From a candidate division FCPU426 bacterium (GTDB lineage: Bacteria; Oederibacteriota; Muellerivitia; Muellerivitales; Muellerivitaceae): DNA of 64,000 bases. Below, piece after piece: positions 22,588-32,049 of the stretch. Made by a program: the position numbers and the translations under genes. Every line of letters starts with the position of its first letter. Position 1 is the stretch's first letter. The stretch lies in the NCBI GenBank assembly GCA_963738405.1, contig CAVTWJ010000010.1, forward strand, positions 1 through 64,000, read 5' to 3'. The notes under the pieces were generated by a model, which was not told where the DNA came from, did no database searches, and saw only the letters and a list, made by a program, of their open reading frames with translations.

Positions 22588-23514
22588 TTACTTCTCGAAT
22601 GCCGACAACCACCGTTCCGCCTCAATAGCTGCCATACAACCCATCCCCGCCGCAGAAATGGCTTGGCGGTAATAGTGGTCCGCCACGTCGCCTGCCGCGA
22701 AAACCCCTGGAATATTAGTCATGGTATAGGGTGGTTTAGGCAGTTTTAAATAACCCACCTCATCCATATCCAACTGCCCCTTAAAGATGCCGGTGTTGGG
22801 CGTGTGGCCGATGGCGAAAAAGAGGCCATTCATGGGCAGAGACTGTTCCTCGTTGGTTTTTACGTTTTTCACTTTCATGCCGGTCAGTTCCTGATCTCCT
22901 AGAAGCTCGGTAATGACCGTATTCATCATCCATTTGATCTTGGGATTAGCCTTGGCCCTTTCTAGCATGATCTTGGAGGCCCGGAATTCTTCCCGGCGAT
23001 GGATTAGTGTCACGCTTTTGGCAAACTTGGTGAGAAAACCCGCCTCTTCCATGGCCGAATCCCCGCCCCCGACCACGGCGATATCGTGATTCTTAAAGAA
23101 AAAGCCGTCACAGGTGGCGCAGGCGGATACACCCCGCCCGATTAGTTCCATTTCCCTAGGAACGCCGCCGTACTTGGCGGTAGCGCCGGTAGCAATAATA
23201 ACGGCCTCGGCTTCCACGAGTTCTTTTTCATCCACCCAAAGCTTAAAGGGACGTTTGGAAAGATCAATCTTAGTTACAAAACCCGTTTTGTAACGGGTGC
23301 CGAAATGGGCGGCCTGTTGTTTCATGTTTTCCATGAGCTGGGGGCCTTGAATGCCTTCGGGGAAGCCGGGGAAGTTTTCAACCAAAGTGGTAGTGGTCAA
23401 TTGGCCGCCAGGCTGGGGCCCGTCGATAAGAAGGGGAGTTAAATTGGCTCTGGAGGCATAGAGAGCCGCCGTGTAGCCAGCGGGACCTGATCCGATAATG
23501 ACAACTTTTTCCAT
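22588..23514 (-). CDS. trxB: Thioredoxin-disulfide reductase
   Basis: IIGSGPAG, CATCDG, GGGDSA, FAAGDV. GGAGG upstream of the ATG at 23514. Confidence 0.95.
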   Translation of the reverse strand: MEKVVIIGSGPAGYTAALYASRANLTPLLIDGPQPGGQLTTTTLVENFPGFPEGIQGPQLMENMKQQAAHFGTRYKTGFVTKIDLSKRPFKLWVDEKELVEAEAVIIATGATAKYGGVPREMELIGRGVSACATCDGFFFKNHDIAVVGGGDSAMEEAGFLTKFAKSVTLIHRREEFRASKIMLERAKANPKIKWMMNTVITELLGDQELTGMKVKNVKTNEEQSLPMNGLFFAIGHTPNTGIFKGQLDMDEVGYLKLPKPPYTMTNIPGVFAAGDVADHYYRQAISAAGMGCMAAIEAERWLSAFEK

Positions 23515-23611
23515 GACGTTCCTCCAAGAGATCAATAAAACTCAAACCGACAGTTAAACTAGGGTTTAAAGGGGTGCTAAGTCAATAAGTACGCTTAATG
23601 ACAATAGTTTG

Positions 23612-25255
23612 TTACCGGAATTCGTTTTCTAGTTGAGGGTCGTGTTTTTCTCCCTCGGGCATAGGGAAAAGTTTATGGCGGTAACGCGACAATTCATCTT
23701 TTATCTGCGGTTCTGGCCAGCCCAGTTGGGCGGCCATACATTGAGCGGTCTTTTGGGAGGCTTCGCCCCATCTTTCAGGGCTGTAACCAATTTCTAAGCG
23801 CCTCAAGAGCACATCCTCTAAATGCACGGCTTTCTCTGAGCGTACGGCATAAACCACCTGGGCCAGTATTTCAGGGCGGTTGGGGTGGAGTTGTTCAGCC
23901 CAAGCTGGGTTTTCATTCAAAAGTTCCATAACCTTAGCGGCTCTTTGTCCGTACAGCTTGGCCAAGTGTTCAGCTGTTTCCGGCTTGAGGGAATATTTTT
24001 CTATCGCCAGTTTTTTATGGTTTTTCAAAAACTCTTCCCAGGGAAGGTCGGGAGTGCCGGGTAGGCGGTCGTTGGACGGCAGGGGAGTGTTTTTTCCAAG
24101 GATGGTTATGATTTTCCCCAAAGTTTTTTGGGCCATGGCCCGATAGGTGGTCAGCTTGCCCCCGACAATAGTGACTAGAGAACCTTCGACCAAGATGCGA
24201 TCCTCGCGGGACACATCGGATGCGTTGTTGCCTGCTGAAAAGGCCAGGGGGCGAAGACCCGCAAAGGCGGATATGACCTTGCTTCGTTCCCAAGTTTGGC
24301 CCGGAAAAACACGGCTGGCTTCATTGAGAAGGTACTGGATTTCTTCCTCGGTGGGCTGGGTATTATCCGGGTTGGTAGAATCGTCTAGGTCGGTCGTACC
24401 TACCAAACTATAACCCCGCCAGGGAATGATAAAGATAATGCGGTTGTCCTTGGGGGTGGTAATAAGCACCGCATGGTCAGCAATGACTTGGGGTAGAACG
24501 ATATGGCTTCCGCGAGTTGGCCGAATGAGCATTTTGCCGTCGTCGCTTAATAGCTTGGAAGTTTCGTTGGTCCAAGGGCCCGTGGCGTTCAAAAGACAGC
24601 GAGTCTTCACCACGCCGGTAAACCCTGTTTTTTTGTCCCGGTAAAAGACATGGAAGCCGTCGGCGGTCTTATCCAATTGGGTAACAGCCCGGTAGTTCCA
24701 ACAGGAAGCACCGTTTTCTTCGGCGCCGAGGATGTTTTCCAACACTAAACGGGCATCGTTGACTTGGGCATCAAAATAGACCCCACAGCCTTTCAGTCCT
24801 TCTTCTTTAAGAAAGGGAGCCTTTTCTAAGGAATCTTTTTTTGAAAGCCATTGATGGAAGGCGATTCGGTGTGCCCCTGCCAGCAGGTCATAGAGCCACA
24901 TGCCGATCCTGAGTTTCCAGGGAGGGTTGCGATCCCCTTCGTAGCAAGGCAATAGGAAGGAAAGGGGCCGGACCAAGTGGGGGGCTGTTTGGAGAAGATG
25001 TTGACGCTCGTGCAAGGACTCGAAAACGAGCGAAAAATTGAATTGTTCCAGGTAGCGGATGCCCCCGTGGATCAATTTGGTGGATTTACTGGAAGTTCCT
25101 GAGGCGAAATCGCCTTTCTCAAATAAGGCGACTGAGAGACCGGCTTGGGCGGCTTGGTAGGCGACACCTACCCCATTGATACCGCCGCCGAGGACAACCA
25201 GATCGACTTGGGATGTTTCGCTCATGGGGACAGCCTTAGAAGGCGGGAGTTTCAT
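23612..25255 (-). CDS. glpD: FAD-dependent glycerol-3-phosphate dehydrogenase
   Basis: GGGING, ASGTSSKSTKLIHGGIRYLE, GGKLTTYR. Confidence 0.9.
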   Translation of the reverse strand: MKLPPSKAVPMSETSQVDLVVLGGGINGVGVAYQAAQAGLSVALFEKGDFASGTSSKSTKLIHGGIRYLEQFNFSLVFESLHERQHLLQTAPHLVRPLSFLLPCYEGDRNPPWKLRIGMWLYDLLAGAHRIAFHQWLSKKDSLEKAPFLKEEGLKGCGVYFDAQVNDARLVLENILGAEENGASCWNYRAVTQLDKTADGFHVFYRDKKTGFTGVVKTRCLLNATGPWTNETSKLLSDDGKMLIRPTRGSHIVLPQVIADHAVLITTPKDNRIIFIIPWRGYSLVGTTDLDDSTNPDNTQPTEEEIQYLLNEASRVFPGQTWERSKVISAFAGLRPLAFSAGNNASDVSREDRILVEGSLVTIVGGKLTTYRAMAQKTLGKIITILGKNTPLPSNDRLPGTPDLPWEEFLKNHKKLAIEKYSLKPETAEHLAKLYGQRAAKVMELLNENPAWAEQLHPNRPEILAQVVYAVRSEKAVHLEDVLLRRLEIGYSPERWGEASQKTAQCMAAQLGWPEPQIKDELSRYRHKLFPMPEGEKHDPQLENEFR

Positions 25256-25318
25256 TTATTCTGGGTCCGTTATACCCTTGAAAGCCAGCGTTTTTTGCGC
25301 AAAATAGCCCCTCTTAAA

Positions 25319-25347
25319 TTGAATGCGCCCCTGGGCTCGTTTAAGAT
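25319..25347 (+). promoter_or_regulatory. Putative sigma70 promoter for tRNA-Leu/tig
   Basis: TTGAAT-17-TAAGAT. Confidence 0.45.
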
Positions 25348-25492
25348 ATGAGTTGGTTTTGCCTTTCTTGAAATAAGGCAAATAAGCGAGGGTGGCGCCC
25401 CAAAAAGACTTTTAAAACTTAACATGATTTTTGGGACGTGCCACCCTCCCTAATTCCAAATGGGTGAAACGGAGTTTCACCCATAGTTAAGG

Positions 25493-25577
25493 GCGAGGGT
25501 GGCGAAACTGGCAGACGCACCAGACTTAGGATCTGGCGGGGTAACCCATGGGGGTTCGACTCCCCCCCCTCGCACCA
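25493..25577 (+). tRNA. tRNA-Leu(TAG)
   Basis: Acceptor GCGAGGG/CCCTCGC+ACCA, anticodon arm CCAGA-CTTAGGA-TCTGG, long variable arm, GGTTCGACTCC T-arm. Confidence 0.95.
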
Positions 25578-25634
25578 CTTTTTTGGCTTTTTGACCCTGG
25601 TTGACCGAGACCATACAAAACACAAGGAGTTCCA

Positions 25635-26918
25635 GTGAAAGTCACCGTGAGCGAAGTTTCCGGATGCGCCAAAGAGATCCAAGTGGAAATACCCACCGAG
25701 GATGTCCAAAAACGCGTGGATGAAATTTACGGAAAAATAACCAAGGAAGCCAAATTGCCCGGTTTCCGCAAGGGCAAGGTTCCCATCAGCGTTATCAAGA
25801 AAGAATATAAATCCAATGTCCGCGAGGAAATGGTTCAGCACCAATTGCCCGAATATCTTCGGGAAGCCCTGATAGAGAACAAAATTGACCCCGTAGCCCA
25901 ACCCCGGGTCACCCACCTGCAATTTGAAGAGGGCTCTCCCTTAAAGTTCGTAGCGGCGGTTGAAGTGAAGCCTCTTTTCACATTGAAGGAATACAAGGGA
26001 TTAAAGATTAAAAAAGAAAAAACGGCCGTGGACGCGGAAGAAGTGGATAAAACCATCGATACCATCCGCAACCAACAGGCCGATTTTATACCAGTGGAAG
26101 GCCGGGCCGCCAAAACCGACGACCTGGTGGTTATCGACTTTTTGGGAAAGATCGACGACAAACCCTTTGAAGGGGGCAAGGCCAACCGCTACCCGGTGCT
26201 TTTAGGTTCGGCCAGTCTCTTGAAAGATTTCGAGGAGAACCTTATTGGTTTGAAGAAGGGGGAAACAAAGGTTTTCAAACTCACCTTCCCGAAGAATTAC
26301 GGCAATGACAAGATTCAGGGCAAGGAAGCGGAATTCACGGTGACCCTGCATGAAATCAAGGAAAAGAAATTGCCTGAATTGGACGACGCCTTTGCCTTGA
26401 AGGTGGGGCAGTTTAAGACGGTTCAAGAAATGAAAGAAAGGGTTCTGACGGATCTTAAGTCCCACAAGGAAGTGGAACAGCGGTCCAAAATGATCGAACA
26501 GATTGCCGAGAAGCTGATGGCGGATCATCCCTTGGAGGTTCCTATTTCCTTGGTTCATCTGGAACAGCAGAGACTGATTCAGCAGGGCGTTGAACGCCTG
26601 AAAAACCAGGGCGTGGATGCCGGGAAGTGGACCGACGCGCAGAAGAAAGAATTTGTTGATTCCTTAAGGCCCATGGCTCAGAAGAATGTGCATATGGCCT
26701 TATTGGTTGAAAAGATATCCGAGGCGGAAAAGATCCGCTGTGAGGAAAAAGATTTCGAGGCTTACTTGGCCAAAATTTCGGCGGGGTCCAACCAGTCGCC
26801 GGACGCCGTGAAGCGATATTTGCAGCAACAGGACAAGATTGATTCGGTCAAAGAATGGATCCAATACGAAAAGACCTTGGATTTTTTGATCGCCTCGTCC
26901 AAAATCGAAGCCGCATAA
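25635..26918 (+). CDS. tig: Trigger factor
   Basis: LPGFRKGKVP signature, FKBP domain, position upstream of clpPX. Confidence 0.95.
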   Translation: MKVTVSEVSGCAKEIQVEIPTEDVQKRVDEIYGKITKEAKLPGFRKGKVPISVIKKEYKSNVREEMVQHQLPEYLREALIENKIDPVAQPRVTHLQFEEGSPLKFVAAVEVKPLFTLKEYKGLKIKKEKTAVDAEEVDKTIDTIRNQQADFIPVEGRAAKTDDLVVIDFLGKIDDKPFEGGKANRYPVLLGSASLLKDFEENLIGLKKGETKVFKLTFPKNYGNDKIQGKEAEFTVTLHEIKEKKLPELDDAFALKVGQFKTVQEMKERVLTDLKSHKEVEQRSKMIEQIAEKLMADHPLEVPISLVHLEQQRLIQQGVERLKNQGVDAGKWTDAQKKEFVDSLRPMAQKNVHMALLVEKISEAEKIRCEEKDFEAYLAKISAGSNQSPDAVKRYLQQQDKIDSVKEWIQYEKTLDFLIASSKIEAA

Positions 26919-26950
26919 CAAGGAGCTGAAAATTTTTTCAGCTCCTTGTT
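26916..26950 (+). terminator. Stem-loop after tig
   Basis: ACAAGGAGCTGAAAA...TTTTCAGCTCCTTGT inverted repeat. Confidence 0.55.
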
Positions 26951-27074
26951 GACAGCCATGGGAAGGAACGAGCCACTAAAAACATGGTTTTTATTTATTG
27001 TGGCTCGTTCGTAAGTATGAATCCCCGAAAAGGGAATTCAGCAACCTGTTAAACAAGACTCACCGGAGGCAGTG

Positions 27075-27674
27075 ATGGCTCTTATACCCATAGTGGTCGA
27101 ACAAACAAACCGAGGGGAAAGGTCCTACGACATCTATTCCCGCCTGTTGAAAGACCGTATCGTCATGCTGGGAACCCCCATCAACGACGATGTGGCTAAC
27201 ACCATCATCGCCCAGCTTTTGTTTTTGGAATCGGAAGACCCCGATAAAGATATCAACCTTTATATCAACAGCCCCGGCGGAGTTGTGACTTCGGGTTTGG
27301 CCATTTATGACACCATTCAATTCATGAAGGCGCCTGTTTCCACCATTTGCGTGGGCCAAGCGGCTTCCATGGGGGCGGTGCTTTTGGCCGCAGGCGCCAA
27401 GGGCAAAAGGTACGCCCTGCCCAACGCCCGTATCATGATTCACCAGCCTTCCGGCGGGGCCCAGGGACAAGCCACGGACATTGAGATTCAGGCCAAGGAA
27501 ATCCTCAAGGTCAGGGAAAGGCTGAACGCCATTCTCGCCTTCCATACAGGCAAGACCACCGAACAGATCGGTCTGGACGTTGAAAGGGACTTCTTTATGT
27601 CCTCGGATGAATCCAAGACCTATGGGTTGATTGACGATATCCTGGTCAAACGGCCGGAAACCAAGAAAAAGTAA
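27075..27674 (+). CDS. clpP: ATP-dependent Clp protease proteolytic subunit
   Basis: [30 protein letters not shown]. Confidence 0.97.
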   Translation: MALIPIVVEQTNRGERSYDIYSRLLKDRIVMLGTPINDDVANTIIAQLLFLESEDPDKDINLYINSPGGVVTSGLAIYDTIQFMKAPVSTICVGQAASMGAVLLAAGAKGKRYALPNARIMIHQPSGGAQGQATDIEIQAKEILKVRERLNAILAFHTGKTTEQIGLDVERDFFMSSDESKTYGLIDDILVKRPETKKK

Positions 27675-27684
27675 AGGAAAAGGC

Positions 27685-28953
27685 ATGGCTGGCGACCGGG
27701 ATAAAACCACACTTCTTCGCTGTTCTTTCTGCGGAAAGAGCCAGGAGGAAGTTAAAAAGCTCGTGGCGGGACCTACCGTTTACATTTGTAACGAGTGCGT
27801 CGCCCTTTGCAACGACATCCTTAGGGAAGAAGAAAAAACCGAGGAACCCAAGGCCGGTGCCCCCAAGGTACGTCTTTCAATTCCCAGGCCCGCTGAAATA
27901 AAAGAAGTTTTGGATCAGTACGTGATTGGCCAGGAAAAGGCCAAGCGGGTCCTGTCCGTGGCGGTTCATAACCACTACAAGCGCTTGTCGGTCAAAAACG
28001 GTCCCCAAGATGTCGAATTGCAAAAGAGCAACGTTTTGCTGGTGGGGCCTACCGGTGTTGGAAAAACCCTTCTGGCCCAGACCTTGGCCCGAATCCTCGA
28101 TGTGCCCTTTGCCGTGGCGGACGCCACCACCCTGACCGAAGCGGGATATGTGGGCGAGGATGTTGAAAATATCATCCTCAAACTGCTTCAAAACGCCGAA
28201 TTTGACGTTCAGAAAGCCCAGCGGGGAATTATCTATATAGATGAGATCGACAAGATCAGCCGCAAGTCCGAAAACCCCAGCATTACCCGGGACGTTTCAG
28301 GGGAAGGGGTTCAACAGGCCCTTTTGAAGATCATCGAAGGTACCGAAGTCAATGTGCCGCCCCAGGGCGGGCGCAAGCACCCCCATCAGGAATACATCAA
28401 GGTCGATTCCTCGAATATCCTCTTCATTTGCGGGGGAGCCTTTGTGGGGCTCGAAAAATTGATCGAAAACCGCCTGGGACGCCGCTCCATCGGCTTCAAG
28501 GGCGAAACCATCAGCCGTCAGGAAAAGAAACTGGGCGAACTTTTTGAGATGGTTCAGCCCGAAGACCTTATCAAGTTTGGGCTGATCCCCGAGTTTATCG
28601 GGCGGTTGCCGATCGTGGCTGCCCTGCATGAGTTGGACGAGGCTTCCTTGGTTCGGGTCTTGACCGAACCCAAGAACGCCCTGACCAAGCAGTACCAGCG
28701 TTATTTCGAGATGGAAAGCGTGAAGCTGAAATTTACCCCTGAGGCTCTCCAGGCCGTGGCCCGGGAAGCCATCAAGCGCCAATCCGGAGCCAGGGGTCTA
28801 AGGGCTATTTTGGAAGAAGTCATGATGGAATTGATGTATGAGATTCCCTCCCGCAAGGACATCAAAGAAACGGTCATTACTGAAGGCGTGATTCTCAAAA
28901 AAGAAGAGCCCATCCTGGTCTATCAGAAGGGCCGGGGCGAGAACACGGCCTAG
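27685..28953 (+). CDS. clpX: ATP-dependent Clp protease ATP-binding subunit
   Basis: CSFCGK...ICNEC zinc finger, [11 protein letters not shown] loop, GARGLR. Confidence 0.97.
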   Translation: MAGDRDKTTLLRCSFCGKSQEEVKKLVAGPTVYICNECVALCNDILREEEKTEEPKAGAPKVRLSIPRPAEIKEVLDQYVIGQEKAKRVLSVAVHNHYKRLSVKNGPQDVELQKSNVLLVGPTGVGKTLLAQTLARILDVPFAVADATTLTEAGYVGEDVENIILKLLQNAEFDVQKAQRGIIYIDEIDKISRKSENPSITRDVSGEGVQQALLKIIEGTEVNVPPQGGRKHPHQEYIKVDSSNILFICGGAFVGLEKLIENRLGRRSIGFKGETISRQEKKLGELFEMVQPEDLIKFGLIPEFIGRLPIVAALHELDEASLVRVLTEPKNALTKQYQRYFEMESVKLKFTPEALQAVAREAIKRQSGARGLRAILEEVMMELMYEIPSRKDIKETVITEGVILKKEEPILVYQKGRGENTA

Positions 28954-28965
28954 GGCTAGATCGCC

Positions 28966-29790
28966 TTGGATTTTTATCACTTCTCCAAAAAGTCTTCCAA
29001 GCCGCTTCTTCATCTATCCCACGCGAACGGGTTTCTTCCCCCCACCTACAAAAGAGCGCTCCAACCCCTCGAAAAGCATTTCCAAATCATTTCTTTAAAA
29101 ATTCGCCCTCTCTGGGAAGGCGAGAATCCGAACCAACTCAAGCATTGGAGCCTCTTCGCCGATGATTTAATCCGGGGTTTGGATTCCATTGGAGCCAAGG
29201 GTATAGCCGCGGTCGGGCATAGTTTGGGCGGGGTGGTGACCCTCTACGCTGCGGTAAAGCGGCCCGATTTGTTCAGCCGAATTGTGCTGTTAGACCCGAC
29301 CATGCTGGATCCCGCGCGTTTGTGGAAAATCCGCCTGATGCGGTTGCTGGGTTTGGAAACGCGCCGGTCACTGGTGGAAGGCGCCGTGAGACGTCGCCGC
29401 CATTGGAGAAGCGTCAAGGAAGCCTTTTTATCTTTTAAAGAAAAACCTCTGTTCAAATCTTGGCCGAAGGAAACGGTTCTCTCTTATGCCAAGAGCCTGA
29501 TCCGCCCATCGGCTGAGGGGGGAGTGGATTTAGCCTATCCACCCGAATGGGAAGCCCGGATTTACCAGACAATTCCCACGGATGTCTGGGATTACGCCCG
29601 GCGGTTAACCCGGCCCACCCTGGTCTTATCCGGGGAAAATTCGGACGTTTTCACCCCTGACAGCCGGGAAGCTTTCCGCCAGGCCAATCCTGCCGTTCAG
29701 GTGGAAACCATCTTGGGAGCCGGCCACCTGCTGGCCCAGGAGAACCCACTGGAAGTGGGGGCAAGAATGGCAAAATTTTTAAAGAACTAA
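28966..29790 (+). CDS. Alpha/beta hydrolase
   Basis: HANGF, GHSLGG nucleophile elbow, GAGHL. Confidence 0.85.
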   Translation: MDFYHFSKKSSKPLLHLSHANGFLPPTYKRALQPLEKHFQIISLKIRPLWEGENPNQLKHWSLFADDLIRGLDSIGAKGIAAVGHSLGGVVTLYAAVKRPDLFSRIVLLDPTMLDPARLWKIRLMRLLGLETRRSLVEGAVRRRRHWRSVKEAFLSFKEKPLFKSWPKETVLSYAKSLIRPSAEGGVDLAYPPEWEARIYQTIPTDVWDYARRLTRPTLVLSGENSDVFTPDSREAFRQANPAVQVETILGAGHLLAQENPLEVGARMAKFLKN

Positions 29791-29830
29791 GATGTTGGAA
29801 GGTCGGTAGTAGCAGGAGTCGGCGGGAGTC

Positions 29831-29873
29831 CTACGGCCAATTTTTACCTGCATTTGGAAAAAATTGGCCGTAG
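29831..29873. repeat. Perfect 15-bp inverted repeat overlapping the start of the tandem array
   Basis: CTACGGCCAATTTTT (29831-29845) / AAAAATTGGCCGTAG (29859-29873), 13-nt loop. Confidence 0.9.
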
Positions 29874-30307
29874 TGGCACAATCCCCGTAGTGGCACAATC
29901 CCCGTAGTGGCACAATCCCCGTAGTGGCACAATCCCCGTAGTGGCACAATCCCCGTAGTGGCACAATCCCCGTAGTGGCACAATCCCCGTAGTGGCACAA
30001 TCCCCGTAGTGGCACAATCCCCGTAGTGGCACAATCCCCGTAGTGGCACAATCCCCGTAGTGGCACAATCCCCGTAGTGGCACAATCCCCGTAGTGGCAC
30101 AATCCCCGTAGTGGCACAATCCCCGTAGTGGCACAATCCCCGTAGTGGCACAATCCCCGTAGTGGCACAATCCCCGTAGTGGCACAATCCCCGTAGTGGC
30201 ACAATCCCCGTAGTGGCACAATCCCCGTAGTGGCACAATCCCCGTAGTGGCACAATCCCCGTAGTGGCACAATCCCCGTAGTGGCACAATCCCCGTAGTG
30301 GCACAAT
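29868..30307. repeat. Perfect tandem array, 17-bp unit CCGTAGTGGCACAATCC, ~26 copies
   Basis: 25 full copies plus 15 nt. No spacers and no variant copies seen. Confidence 0.97.
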
Positions 30308-30513
30308 AGGGTCGTATAATCGGGCTTTACCACTGTTGTCCAAATAAGATGAAAGACAAGGCTAATGCCCCGATTAGCCACAGATACATGGGATGCACTT
30401 GATAGGCCAAGAAAAGGCCTTAAAGTTTGTGGTTTTAAATCCCATGAATCCTATGCATCTGTGGCAAATTATTTTGGACGGGTCTTGGGCTTTATATTAT
30501 TGGGAGGTTATTT

Positions 30514-31335
30514 ATGTCTTCTAAAGCCAATGATCAGAAAACCGAAGATACGTATGAGAAGGAAACTAGGGATTCTTCCTCAATCCTCTGGCTTTTCCTC
30601 TGGTTGGCCACTCTTTACCACGCCGGTGTAACCGCCTGGGCCCTGCTTTCAACGGCCCAACTTCCACCTGGCTACCAAGTTCCCCCCATGTGGGTGGAAA
30701 ACTTCCGGCAGGGCCCCACTTCCGATTCTTTCTGGATTTACATCATTGTCCTTGGGGTCAATATCCTTCGGGAAAGCTGGTTTAAAAGCCAAAAGACCTA
30801 CGTGCCATCCCTCCTCTATCCGGAATTCAAATACGGCAATGTCGCCGTGGTTTTATGGGCGGGTTTGTGGGTTTTTAGCCAATATGGCCATGACCAGGGT
30901 TGGTTTCCCGTGCCGGATCAGGTGAATAAAACCTTTGGAAGCTGTCTGATTCTTTGGATCGCCCAGCATTTGATGATCAGGCTCTTTAAGAGCACGACAT
31001 TTATGGAAGCTTTTAAGGATGTGCCAAAGCAAACCAAGGCCGTAGTTCCAAAACCCCATACCCCGCCACCCAGCCCTCAAGCAAGCTTGGCGGTGTCTGG
31101 GCCAGCCCCGAAGAAAGTGGTTTCCAACAATAGTGATTTGGCCGGGAAGCTATTGGACTATATCCGCCAGAACGGACAAGCCAAAACCAGCGGAATGATG
31201 AGTGTATTGGGCAGTCCAAGACGGACGGTGATAAGGAACCTGAACAAGTTACTTAAGGATGGGCGGTTGATCAGGGAGGGTTCTGGCGCAGGCGCGGTTT
31301 ACCGGCTCAATGAGAACCCAAAAGGTGGAAAATAG
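30514..31335 (+). CDS. Membrane-anchored protein with C-terminal winged-helix DNA-binding domain
   Basis: GGAGG RBS, ~4 hydrophobic segments, Pro-rich linker, wHTH-like LLDYIRQNG...SPRRTVIRNLNKLLKDGRLIREGSGAGAVYRL. Confidence 0.8.
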   Translation: MSSKANDQKTEDTYEKETRDSSSILWLFLWLATLYHAGVTAWALLSTAQLPPGYQVPPMWVENFRQGPTSDSFWIYIIVLGVNILRESWFKSQKTYVPSLLYPEFKYGNVAVVLWAGLWVFSQYGHDQGWFPVPDQVNKTFGSCLILWIAQHLMIRLFKSTTFMEAFKDVPKQTKAVVPKPHTPPPSPQASLAVSGPAPKKVVSNNSDLAGKLLDYIRQNGQAKTSGMMSVLGSPRRTVIRNLNKLLKDGRLIREGSGAGAVYRLNENPKGGK

Positions 31336-31450
31336 GATTAATTGTGGATTTGGGTTCGAGTCCAACCCGGGGAACATTACTTGGGGTTCGAACTTAGAAT
31401 ATCTAATTCAAGAACTGTAAAGAATATGGTTTGCAAAAAAGGAATTGATA

Positions 31451-32020
31451 ATGGACGAATATTATTCCTGTGAATTTTGCCATTTTGATTTTAAAAGCTT
31501 TAAGGAAAGATCTAAATGCCCAGGTTGTGGGGTCGAAATCAACGAATTACCGCTTTTTATAGCCGTGAAAAGAGAAGCAAAAAAATTTTCTGTTCAAGAT
31601 ATGTTAGATAAGTTGGGGTGGAAACGCCCGAATTATAACGATATGACTTATTTGGATATTGAGTCCGACATCGAAGAAGTTACTTATGTTTTGGATTTCA
31701 GAGAGGTGAAAATTCTGTTTGAAGTTTTGGATATTGATTGGAATGAGGCGCTTGGATTTATTATTGGGAAAGAAAATGTTTCGCTAAGCGCAACTTCGGA
31801 TGATCGTCCAACTTACAAAATCATAAATTCACAAATGACGAAATTAGGTTTCAGTAATGAAAAGTTGGCGGTTGAACTCGATTTTGATGCAGATGAAATT
31901 GCTAACGTCCAAGTGCCGAATTCTTCTTTTGATAAATGGGCTTTGAAAAATATGTTAAATCTCGCAAAGATACTTCAAATAAACCCAGTTGCGTTTATTC
32001 ATAAGGTTATTGAGGGTTAA
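31451..32020 (+). CDS. Hypothetical zinc-ribbon protein with XRE-HTH-like helical regions (AT-rich)
   Basis: CEFC...CPGC followed by two HTH-like segments. Confidence 0.6.
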   Translation: MDEYYSCEFCHFDFKSFKERSKCPGCGVEINELPLFIAVKREAKKFSVQDMLDKLGWKRPNYNDMTYLDIESDIEEVTYVLDFREVKILFEVLDIDWNEALGFIIGKENVSLSATSDDRPTYKIINSQMTKLGFSNEKLAVELDFDADEIANVQVPNSSFDKWALKNMLNLAKILQINPVAFIHKVIEG

Positions 32021-32049
32021 ATTCTTTTAGAAATGGAAAGGTATTTTCA

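Noticed and set aside
29868..30307. CRISPR array
   Set aside because: Units are contiguous, identical 17-mers with no unique spacers, and there are no cas genes in the window.
29868..30307. Array of sigma54 promoters (TGGCAC in each unit)
   Set aside because: The -24 element matches, but the -12 position reads CCGT rather than TTGC.
29868..30307. Plasmid iteron origin
   Set aside because: No Rep initiator, DnaA-box cluster or par genes are recognisable, and the flanks are chromosomal housekeeping genes.
31345..31392. Complete tRNA gene
   Set aside because: Only T-arm/acceptor-like fragments are present; no D or anticodon arm can be folded.
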